A DNA stretch of 64,000 nucleotides from assembly GCA_963749495.1 (NCBI GenBank), contig CAVVMW010000004.1, forward strand, positions 1-64,000, read 5' to 3'. Position 1 is the stretch's first letter. Every line of letters starts with the position of its first letter. The notes beneath the pieces were generated by a model. It ran no database searches. It saw nothing but the letters and a program-made list of their open reading frames with translations, and had not been told where the DNA came from. Position numbers and translations under genes: made by a program. This DNA is from an uncultured bacterium. Its GTDB lineage: Bacteria > Verrucomicrobiota > Verrucomicrobiia > Limisphaerales > UBA8199. Shown one piece after another: positions 56,257 through 64,000 of the stretch.

Positions 56257-56929
56257 AACTGACCTCAAACCCGGTGACAACTGGAGGAGCGCCTGCGATG
56301 CCGAGCCAGGTGCGTGGATGCGCACCTGAACAGTTACTCGCAACGGAAGCCGGCTCGCTCCGCCACGAAGCAACGCGTCCTGGCTTCGAGGCGCTCAGGC
56401 CCAGGCCGGCTCGGTCAAGCCCAACTCGCGCACGAGTTCGGCGGCGGACCTCTGGGGCAGGGCGGCCAACATTTCCGCTGCTCAAGAAGTCCAGGTCCTC
56501 CGCAACAGTCTGGCCTCTTGAAAAAACATTGGCGCCTAGCCCACTCAATAAAACGGTCTTGGTGGGTAGGTGATCACCTACTGGCAACTCGCTGGATTGT
56601 CAACGATAGATAGGATGCGAGTAGTCAGGAAGGTGCCTGGATCGGCTGTAATCCGACAACGGGCCTGGACCAGGCGACTTTGCTGTACGACAACACCGCC
56701 ACGGCGATCGACTCCCGGGAGCCGGATCGGCCGTGTCCCTTGTCTCACCAGCTTCCTGTCAGCCTGACAGACCGGGAAGATAAGGCGTCGCTGAGTTTCA
56801 CGCCGGCCCTTCCCTTGCGGAAGGGCGGGTGTTCAACGCAAATCCGACTAATCTGGCCCTGGAGGCGGGTGGTCCCGTGCTGGCTCGCCAACAGATTGAA
56901 CATGAATTAGCCAAAGAAAGGTTCCTGCG

Positions 56930-59068
56930 ATGAAAACCGAACGATGCCAACACGGGTTGCGGCGGATCGAGAGCCGCGAGATTGCCGCCGCAACGATTCT
57001 GTTCGCGGCGCTCCTCGGCGCCCTCCCCGGCGCCCGGGCGCAAAACGGCGCCCCAGTCTATCAGGTGGTTCAATCAGGCGCCACCGCCAGCCAGGCGCTG
57101 AGCCTCTCGAGCAGCCTGGGCATTCCGATGGAGTCGCTTTCCTTGAGCAACGGCGAGGCCTTTTTCCTGAGCACGTCCGACTTCATGGCGGTGCCTGTCT
57201 TGCCGGTCACCGACTCCACGACTATCAGCAACCTGACGGCAGGAACCAAGAACGACTATCCCAGGATCCCGCTTCGGTTCGAGAAGATTGATTTCGACAC
57301 GCTGGGCAAAACGGAGGTGCTGGCCTCCAACACGGCTTTGAGCAAGCTCTCCGCGGCCTTCGACAGGTCGAATCTATTCCCGCAATTCGGGGCGCCCTTC
57401 ATCAGCCACGCCATGCTCAACGCCTATTACCGCAACCCGGACAATGTCGTGATCTCGAACAACGCCTTCCTGGATACGCAGGTGAAGTATCAATTTTCTA
57501 CTCCGGGCACCGTCGCCCCCGGCTACCCGATCATCGGGCCGGGGGCGCAGGTGCAGGTGGCCTACGGCCCGACCGGCCAGGTCACCCGCTTGCACTACGC
57601 CGCGCGCCGCTACGCGCAGGGGCCAACGGTGGCCATCATTCCTCCCAGCCTCGCCAGCAGTCGTGTCGCCAACTTGTTCCCCGGCCTGAACGCCCAGATC
57701 ACGCCGCAACTAATCTATTATGCCCCTCCCCTTTCTTTGGGCACGGTGTCGAATCTCATCCCTTGGTACGCCTGCACCGGGACGGGCACGGTAACCAACC
57801 CCATCACCGGCGGGCTATCCACGGTCACCCTCACGGCGCCCTTGATTCCGGCCACCGATGATCCGACCTACGTTCCCTCGGTGCTTCTTTCGGCCAGTGT
57901 CGTGGGAGGCACGCAGATCGTGGCCAGCGTCCGGGTAAGCGGGGGTAGTGCCCCTTACACTTATTCGTGGAGCGGATCTTCGCCGACCATTTCGTCGAAC
58001 ACGGGCAGTCAGATCAGCTATACGTCCGAGGTGCGGATTCAGCCGCCGGCCATAGGCGTGACCCGGGCTTCTCCACAAACTGTGATGGTTTGGTGGATCG
58101 ATCCCTCGGCCGGATTCGGGCTCGAATCCAGCCGCAGCCTCGTGGGGTCTGACTGGGTCCCGGTCACAAATCCCGTGGAGACGCAAAACGGGGTAAGGAG
58201 CGTTCTGATCGGCCTGGATGTCGCCCAGCCCATGTTCTTTCGGTTGCGCTATGGCGGTCAGACCGTCGCGGAAACGGTAATGGTCATTGTAACAGACGCC
58301 AATGGAGTGCAGGCCCAGGCCAGCCAAACGTTGCAGGCCCAACCCCTGCTCCGGATGTCCGGGCCGGGCCTGACAGCGCAGGCCAGCCCGAAAGTTGTGG
58401 GCGTGGTCGATTGGGGCACGGAAAGCCCCTACGACCCCGGCCTGGGCGCTAACGATCGCCAGAGTTGGACTTCCGCAATGACTGTCTTTGGCGGCGGCGT
58501 GCAGCGATTCCTCTGGACAGGTAGTTTGTCCTGGAGGCAGGACTTCATCGAGGAGCCAGCCGGGATCGACAACGCCCAAGTGGATAACGCGGACATCACC
58601 CTCTACATCGGCCACGGCAACCCCGAGGTCATCACCTTCACGAGCACCGGCAACTTGTATTACACCGATGCCCCGCAGGCCTGGGGAGACCTCGATCAGG
58701 AATGGATGTGCTTCCTTTCCTGCGAGGTCCTGCAATTCTCCGATCCGGCCGGCAACGTCTGGGACCGCTGGGGCCCCAATTTCAATGGCCTGCACATCCT
58801 CACTGGTTTTAGTTCCCTGGCCTATGCCGGCACCGGATTCCCCGCAGGCTTTGCCCTCAATATGCTGGGTTTCGTGTTCTTGCCGCCCAATTCCATTGTC
58901 AATGCCTGGTTCAGCGCGGCCAACTCTTGTGGAACCGGCACGCCGGCTGCCATGGGGCCCATTGGCCCCGGCGGAGTCTGGGACTACGGCGACTATTATT
59001 GGGGCAAAGGCCCGGTGGGACCAACCATTCCTGCTTCGCAAATCCGGGGTTGGTGGTACCTCAATTAA
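56930..59068 (+). CDS. Secreted protein with C-terminal DUF6345-like domain
   Basis: Signal peptide; VDNADITLYIGHG, WGDLDQEWMCFLSC.VL, FNGLHILTGF. Confidence 0.75.
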   Translation: MKTERCQHGLRRIESREIAAATILFAALLGALPGARAQNGAPVYQVVQSGATASQALSLSSSLGIPMESLSLSNGEAFFLSTSDFMAVPVLPVTDSTTISNLTAGTKNDYPRIPLRFEKIDFDTLGKTEVLASNTALSKLSAAFDRSNLFPQFGAPFISHAMLNAYYRNPDNVVISNNAFLDTQVKYQFSTPGTVAPGYPIIGPGAQVQVAYGPTGQVTRLHYAARRYAQGPTVAIIPPSLASSRVANLFPGLNAQITPQLIYYAPPLSLGTVSNLIPWYACTGTGTVTNPITGGLSTVTLTAPLIPATDDPTYVPSVLLSASVVGGTQIVASVRVSGGSAPYTYSWSGSSPTISSNTGSQISYTSEVRIQPPAIGVTRASPQTVMVWWIDPSAGFGLESSRSLVGSDWVPVTNPVETQNGVRSVLIGLDVAQPMFFRLRYGGQTVAETVMVIVTDANGVQAQASQTLQAQPLLRMSGPGLTAQASPKVVGVVDWGTESPYDPGLGANDRQSWTSAMTVFGGGVQRFLWTGSLSWRQDFIEEPAGIDNAQVDNADITLYIGHGNPEVITFTSTGNLYYTDAPQAWGDLDQEWMCFLSCEVLQFSDPAGNVWDRWGPNFNGLHILTGFSSLAYAGTGFPAGFALNMLGFVFLPPNSIVNAWFSAANSCGTGTPAAMGPIGPGGVWDYGDYYWGKGPVGPTIPASQIRGWWYLN

Positions 59069-59204
59069 GGATGGTGGTGCAGGGGTTTTGTTGGGGGGGC
59101 TGGAAAAGGGGGTCTTGCACGTTGTGTGGATTCCTCCTTTTGAGCTGTGAGCAGCCAATTCGGCGGCGTCGGCGACGGGCTGCCGCAGTTCCAGGACATG
59201 GTTG

Positions 59205-59312
59205 CCGCCGTAAGATGTCGAGGTTGTCGCCGTAATAAAGCGTGCCCATCTGCGCGAGTGCAGCCGGGTTGCTGCCGGGAATCAATGACTCGGTGCAGCT
59301 CCCCAAATTCCC
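59205..59312 (-). pseudogene. Orphan copy of MTase promoter plus first 15 codons
   Basis: 100/108 identical to 55849-55956; MGTLYYGDNLDILRR. Confidence 0.88.
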
Positions 59313-59405
59313 GGGCGCATCCCGACACCGCCCCCACCGGCAGCGGCGAGGCGGGAGTCCGCGCCTCCTTGGGCGGGCTCCGGGGGCAGTGTCGGGACGC
59401 GCCCC

Positions 59406-59790
59406 AGGGCCGAAGGCCCGCCATGTGATAGCCCGGGCTGAGCTTGCGAGCGGAGGCCCAGGTTGCGGGCACATAAATCTCTGCGCCCTGTAAGAATTCC
59501 CGGAACGAATTCGCGCTTTGCGCCCCTGAACCTCGACACTGCGTTCCCGTCCCGCGAAGCGTTTTGGACTGCGGCAGTCCTCTGCCGCTTTTGTGTCCCC
59601 TCGCTGCCGGCGCGAAAGCGGCAGAGGACTGCCGCAGTCCAAAACCTTCGGACTTGGGGTCGGTTCATGGGGAGGGCGCGACAACGCCTGGATCCCTGCC
59701 CAAAACGTCCCGGCCTTAGCAGGCCGGGGAGGTTTTCGCTGGGCTTGGCTTTTACTCAGGCCTCCGCTCCGCGTCGGCCTGGGCTATCAC
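59406..59790. repeat. Composite nested palindromic repeat
   Basis: Matches 23092-23435. Confidence 0.75.
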
Positions 59791-59830
59791 ATCAAAGTTC
59801 TACAGAGGGGGAGCAGGCACGGTCCGGCGG

Positions 59831-61669
59831 CTAATCGGCGGTCAGCACTTCGTAGCTCACAAAGGCCACGGACTTGCTGTCCGGCGACCAGGACGGGACG
59901 TTGATGGTGCCTTGGCCGCCAAAGAGGCGGGCCAGGTCCTGGATGGGTCCGCCTGCGGCCGGCATCAGCCGCAGCCGGATCGGCTGATTGGCGGGATGCC
60001 CTGCCACTCCCTTCTCGTAGGTGAGAAACACCAGCCATTTGCCGTCAGGCGAAGGGTGGGCAAACCAATTGTTGAACGGGTCCGAGGTCACGGCCTCCTG
60101 GCCGCTGCCGTCGGGCTGCATCCGCCAGATCTGCATCGAGCCGGAGCGCTCGGAATTGAAGTAGATGAACTTCCCATCCGGCGTGAATTCGGGGCCGTCA
60201 TCCAGGCCCTTGGCGGTCGTCAGGCGCCGCTCCTGGCCGCCCTCGACGGAGATGGCATAGACGTCGAACTCTCCGTCACGCTCGCCGCAATACGTGAGGG
60301 TCGAGCCGTCGGGCGACCAGCCATGCCAGTAGGACGGCCCGAGGGCTGTCACCAGGCGGGGCACGCCGCCGGCGGCGGGCAGGACGTAGATCAGCGACTT
60401 GCCGCCGCGCGATTGGTCGCTGACAGCGAGGCGCAGGCCGTCCGGGGAGAGGCCATGATCGTTGTTGCAGCGCGTGGCGAATCCCGTGTCAATCGGCTCC
60501 GGCGTGCCGCCGGTCACCGCCAGCCGGTAGATGCGGCCGCGCGAGTTGAACAGGAAGTGCCGCCCGTCGCCCGTCCAGTTCGGGGCCTCGATGAGATCGA
60601 GCGTGTGATAAATGGCCCGGCGGTCCTTGGAGGCAATATTGACTGTCTCCAGAGTGCAATGGAGGGTGGGTTTGCCCGGTGCCGGCGCCGCGCCTGGCGC
60701 GCGCAGCTCGGAGCCCGTCCTGAGGGCGACGCGGCTGAACCGGGCGCTCTCGAGGACCCGGTTATCGTGGGCGCACACGGCCAGCCCGGCGTAGAGCGGG
60801 CCGGCCAGCTTGAGGCGGATGAAGGCGCCGGCGGGCTGCGCGCCGGCAGGCGTGTCGGGTGAACCTTGGCCAGCGGGCGGGTCTGCCGGCGGGGCCGTCA
60901 GGAAGAAGACTTCGCCTTGCCTTCGGAGCCCCACCTCTACCGGGAACGCGGCCGAGCCAGCGGCGGCGGTCGAGGCCCCTCCGGTGCTCGCGCCCAGGAG
61001 CGGGTTGGCCTGGATCTCGCGCGTCATCCCGCCCGGCGCGTCGCGGTATTGGAGCGAGACCAACCCGTCTCCATGGACGGCGACGTCCACATAAGGCGAA
61101 TCGGCCTCCAGCCCCTGGCGAAACATGAGGCAGGCCTTGCGATGGGCGTTGCCGCCGGTGCCGGGCCACTCGATGGCGGCGCTCAGCGCGCAATCCCCGT
61201 CAATCTGCGTCCAGACAAAGTGAAAGGCGTCGTTGGTGAACCACATGTTCTCCCCGCCCCCGCGCACAACGCAAGAGCGTCCTGCGGGGTCAAACAAGGC
61301 CGAGCCGGCTTTGCCGGCGCTGCCGATGTCCTGCTCCCGCTCGAAGATGCCCAGTTCGCCGGCGCAAACGCCGGCCCCGGCCGCGACCAAACCGCACAGG
61401 ACCAGCGCCAGCCGCGCCCGGAGCGCCGGGGCCGTTGACAAAGTTGTAGCGCAGGTTTCCAAACCTGCCGTATCGCCGATTTCCAAATCGGCAGGGCGTC
61501 GGCATATCGAGCGCGCCCAGCTTGCGGACGGCCTGCGGGTTTGGAAATCCGCGACACGGCAGACTTGGAAGTCTGCGCTACGCTGGCGCCCCTGGCGCAC
61601 CGGCGCACGGAGCGACTTTGTCAATGGCCGCGCCCGGAGCGCTGCACGGCAAGGAAAACCAGTTGTCAT
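59831..61669 (-). CDS. TolB-like PD40 beta-propeller periplasmic protein with in-frame repeat insertion in its signal region
   Basis: [56 protein letters not shown]. Confidence 0.88.
   Translation of the reverse strand: MTTGFPCRAALRARPLTKSLRAPVRQGRQRSADFQVCRVADFQTRRPSASWARSICRRPADLEIGDTAGLETCATTLSTAPALRARLALVLCGLVAAGAGVCAGELGIFEREQDIGSAGKAGSALFDPAGRSCVVRGGGENMWFTNDAFHFVWTQIDGDCALSAAIEWPGTGGNAHRKACLMFRQGLEADSPYVDVAVHGDGLVSLQYRDAPGGMTREIQANPLLGASTGGASTAAAGSAAFPVEVGLRRQGEVFFLTAPPADPPAGQGSPDTPAGAQPAGAFIRLKLAGPLYAGLAVCAHDNRVLESARFSRVALRTGSELRAPGAAPAPGKPTLHCTLETVNIASKDRRAIYHTLDLIEAPNWTGDGRHFLFNSRGRIYRLAVTGGTPEPIDTGFATRCNNDHGLSPDGLRLAVSDQSRGGKSLIYVLPAAGGVPRLVTALGPSYWHGWSPDGSTLTYCGERDGEFDVYAISVEGGQERRLTTAKGLDDGPEFTPDGKFIYFNSERSGSMQIWRMQPDGSGQEAVTSDPFNNWFAHPSPDGKWLVFLTYEKGVAGHPANQPIRLRLMPAAGGPIQDLARLFGGQGTINVPSWSPDSKSVAFVSYEVLTAD
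61430..61629. mobile_element. Family A palindromic MITE-like element
   Basis: TIR GGCCGTTGACAAAGT / ACTTTGTCAATGGCC; flanking 16-bp direct repeat. Confidence 0.8.
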
Positions 61670-61947
61670 GGCCTCATTCAAGCACACCGCCGGCTGCGGG
61701 GCAAACCTGTTGTGCCAGGGGTGTTGGAACGTTGGCCTATTCTCACAATGTCCCCTCGGGACAAAGACGTCCCAGGGCGGCCAAGGGCCTCAAGCCATCC
61801 TAATCGTGACTACTTTGAAGTGAAGTGAAGGGGTCGCTCCCGAGTGAAGTCAGTCCCGGAATCCCGATCTGCGTTTGATCGCAAAGTCCTTCCGCCGCGA
61901 TTCTTTCGCCGCGCGCTTCCAGTTTCCAGTTTCCCGGGACCCCTTTT

Positions 61948-62041
61948 CGGATACTCAACTCGCAGTTGGCCCGGCATGTTGACCACCCTGCCAACCGCTC
62001 CAGCGGCTGTCAATGGAAAGTTATGGCTGACCCCTTTCCCG
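61948..62041 (-). pseudogene. 5' remnant of a REP-associated tyrosine transposase (RAYT-like)
   Basis: GAAAGGGGTCAG end, TTGACA, then MPGQLRVEYP (cf. the MxRxLRIEYPG N-terminus). Confidence 0.55.
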
Positions 62042-62151
62042 AAGAAATGGCGCGACCTGACTTGTCCCGCCGTAGCTCCAGCGAAGGCGGATCCTACGCG
62101 TGTGGCACGTTGACGCGTTGCGCTGCCCCATCTGCCAGAGCCCCGTGCGCG

Positions 62152-62642
62152 ATCGCGGTGATCGATGACCCGCGCGTGGTGGAGAAGATCCTGCGGCACC
62201 TCGGCGCCTGACAGGACCCGCCTGCCTGCGCCGAGGCTACGGCAGGCAGGCCTGCCGGCTTGTCCCCGCCGGGCGCCGCAGGGCCTTACACCTACGAACC
62301 CTGTGACGACGTGGACCCCACCCCGGATTACGAGAACGTGCTGACAGATTGAGCGCCGCTGGCTTAAGGCCCTCGGGACCGAACAACTTTGCCCGGCGAC
62401 GGCCCCTCGACGCCCAGGCCGGGGGTAACCAAGCCCATTTCTGCGCAGGTTCCTGCCCTGGCTGCCGCTTCCGACCCCGCCGCCGCCAAAACCGCCCAGG
62501 AACCGGCAGAATGTGCCGGTTGACGGGCGCGTGCCGCTCCTGCATCATCCCCCCGTGATGAACGCGGCCAGAAACCAATTCTCCCCCACCCGCGTAGAGT
62601 CAAAACCGGCGGCACGGCGACGAAGCAAATTCCTATCAGTTC
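62152..62642 (+). mobile_element. IS91/ISCR-like remnant: transposase C-terminus plus oriIS-like end
   Basis: IAVIDDPRVVEKILRHLGA*...YENVLTD; ends AAATTCCTATCA followed by GTTC. Confidence 0.65.
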
Positions 62643-63469
62643 AAGCTTACTGGAACCTGATTCGTGGTGCGAAAAAATGGTTGGCCTTTACTCTTTGCCT
62701 TTTCTGCTTCGGATTCGCTGGAGCAGTAGTGCTTGGCATTGCAAAACCGGCCCTGATTGAACAACTGGTGGAGCACCTTCATGGAAATCCTGAGACGGGA
62801 TTTCCGGCCTTCGTCCTCTACCTTATGAATAACTTGACGGCCCTGCTTATCATCTGGTGCGGAGGCTTCGTCCCTGCTATTGCCCCCCTGTTGCACATCC
62901 TTGGAACGGGATTTATCCTTGGCAGCTTGCTCGTGGACAGAGGAGTTCTCTACTCGTTTCTCTCCATTTTTCCGCACGGCATCGTCGAGATCCCCGCTTA
63001 CCTCCTGGGGAACGCCTTTTCGTTGAGACTCGGCTTGAGGTGGATTTTCCAGAAGACTGCAGGCGAGCGCAAGCGGACCTTTGTTACAGATTTACAGAAC
63101 AGCCTTAAGATCGGTCTTTTGTGCATGTTCCTGATCTTTATAGCGGCTATGATTGAGACTTTTGCAACACCCAAAATCCTGGCGGCTTACGAGAAGGAGC
63201 ATTTCGCCGGTATCGGCGTTCAGCTCGCAATCCAGGAGCACCAGCTTACGATTACTCATGTCATCCCCGACAGACCAGCCTCGAAAGCCGGGCTCGTTTC
63301 CGGCCTAGTCATCCACAAAATTGATGGCGTCGAGACTGCCGGCAAGGACATCCGGCGATGCCGTGAAATGCTCCATGACCGGGTTGGCACGACGGTCAGA
63401 CTTGAGCTGATCGACACTGCACGAAACCAGACAAACAGCATCGAATTGGTGCGGGAGCTCAAGCCGTGA
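62639..63469 (+). CDS. SpoIIM-family membrane protein with C-terminal PDZ domain (native 5' end apparently lost)
   Basis: YLMNNL, IFPHGIVEIPA, IAAMIET; GIGVQL...PASKAGL..G..IHKIDG. Confidence 0.8.
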   Translation, partial: VQAYWNLIRGAKKWLAFTLCLFCFGFAGAVVLGIAKPALIEQLVEHLHGNPETGFPAFVLYLMNNLTALLIIWCGGFVPAIAPLLHILGTGFILGSLLVDRGVLYSFLSIFPHGIVEIPAYLLGNAFSLRLGLRWIFQKTAGERKRTFVTDLQNSLKIGLLCMFLIFIAAMIETFATPKILAAYEKEHFAGIGVQLAIQEHQLTITHVIPDRPASKAGLVSGLVIHKIDGVETAGKDIRRCREMLHDRVGTTVRLELIDTARNQTNSIELVRELKP

Positions 63470-63506
63470 CCAGCCCAAGCGCCTCGACGGGGCCGGCAAA
63501 AGGGCT

Positions 63507-63560
63507 CACCCGCGCAGCCTCAAAACCGGCGGCGCGGCGAAAAAGCAGATTCTATCGGTT
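63507..63560 (+). repeat. Second, degenerate oriIS-like copy
   Basis: Direct repeat of 62587-62641, 920 bp downstream. Confidence 0.75.
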
Positions 63561-63565
63561 ATTAC

Positions 63566-64000
63566 CTAATAGGAAAGGCCCGTGTTCGCCTCAGTTTTCG
63601 TGCCCGGCCTTATGCCGCGGCTCTGGAAACCGAAGCCCTGCAGATACCAGGCGTCGCCGACGCGCCGGAGCGTCAGCGAGCCTGCGGCCGGCTTGTCCAC
63701 CGCCTGGCTGTCGTCTGGCCACGCAGGTTTGAAGCGGACCGTTGCCTCGTCATCACGCCACGGATCTGGCTTCCACGACTGGAGGGTCACATCATGCACG
63801 CCTTCCATCATCTCGGCGGCGGGGTCGTTGAGCCGGCTGGCCTGACGCTCGTCCGAAAGCGGCGGTGCATTCGTATCGACAAAGCGGATGCGGTCAAAGG
63901 CTTGTTTGTCCCGGTTCAGGACCGCCCATAAGACGGTCTGGGCGGCTGATTCTACTGAGTCGTTGCCCATGTCCTGGAGCTGCCCCACCTCGAAGGTCCT
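63566..64000 (-). CDS. Hypothetical protein, C-terminal part (runs off window)
   Basis: Open frame DMGNDSVESAAQTVLWA...LRRVGDAW. Confidence 0.5.
   Translation of the reverse strand, partial: RTFEVGQLQDMGNDSVESAAQTVLWAVLNRDKQAFDRIRFVDTNAPPLSDERQASRLNDPAAEMMEGVHDVTLQSWKPDPWRDDEATVRFKPAWPDDSQAVDKPAAGSLTLRRVGDAWYLQGFGFQSRGIRPGTKTEANTGLSY

Noticed and set aside
56800..56890. Possible c-di-GMP riboswitch upstream of the DUF6345-like gene (hairpin plus ACGCAAA...CTAA)
   Set aside because: Lacks the GGCAAAC/GAAA P1-P2 consensus; an Infernal/Rfam scan would be needed

Overview
GC-rich bacterial chromosome segment, probably Verrucomicrobiota (Pedosphaerales/Limisphaerales-like). This is inferred from Thr/Asn-rich secreted proteins, a prepilin-type H-X9-DG-like protein and an ECF sigma plus Ser/Thr kinase pair. 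Core genes are glnE, a GT2 glycosyltransferase, tRNA-Ala(GGC), bamA, dnaB, ubiX/ubiA-like, Lrp plus aminotransferase, a Zn/Mn-type ABC uptake operon and family-4 UDG. These alternate with accessory modules and many short palindromic (REP/MITE-like) repeats. About 14 single-base frameshifts fall in otherwise intact genes and most likely reflect sequencing error. Main highlights: (1) a ~10 kb surface-fibre/protein-modification locus at 34.7-44.5 kb with two DUF6916-like proteins (one Tat-exported), a GNAT, three leaderless tail-collar proteins ending FPSRN, a large YDG/MBG adhesin, an Asp/Asn beta-hydroxylase, a sulfotransferase-like protein and a core-less Nif11-like peptide; (2) four accessory segments bracketed by direct repeats that are diverged, mostly synonymous-variant copies of a neighbouring gene; (3) palindromic and heptamer repeats inserted in frame in proteins; (4) a RAPP-motif leader ORF before the metal-uptake operon and an antisense lipoprotein gene inside it; (5) RAYT-like and IS91-like HUH transposase remnants, with tandem oriIS-like ends flanking a gene. 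All family assignments come from motif recognition, not database searches.
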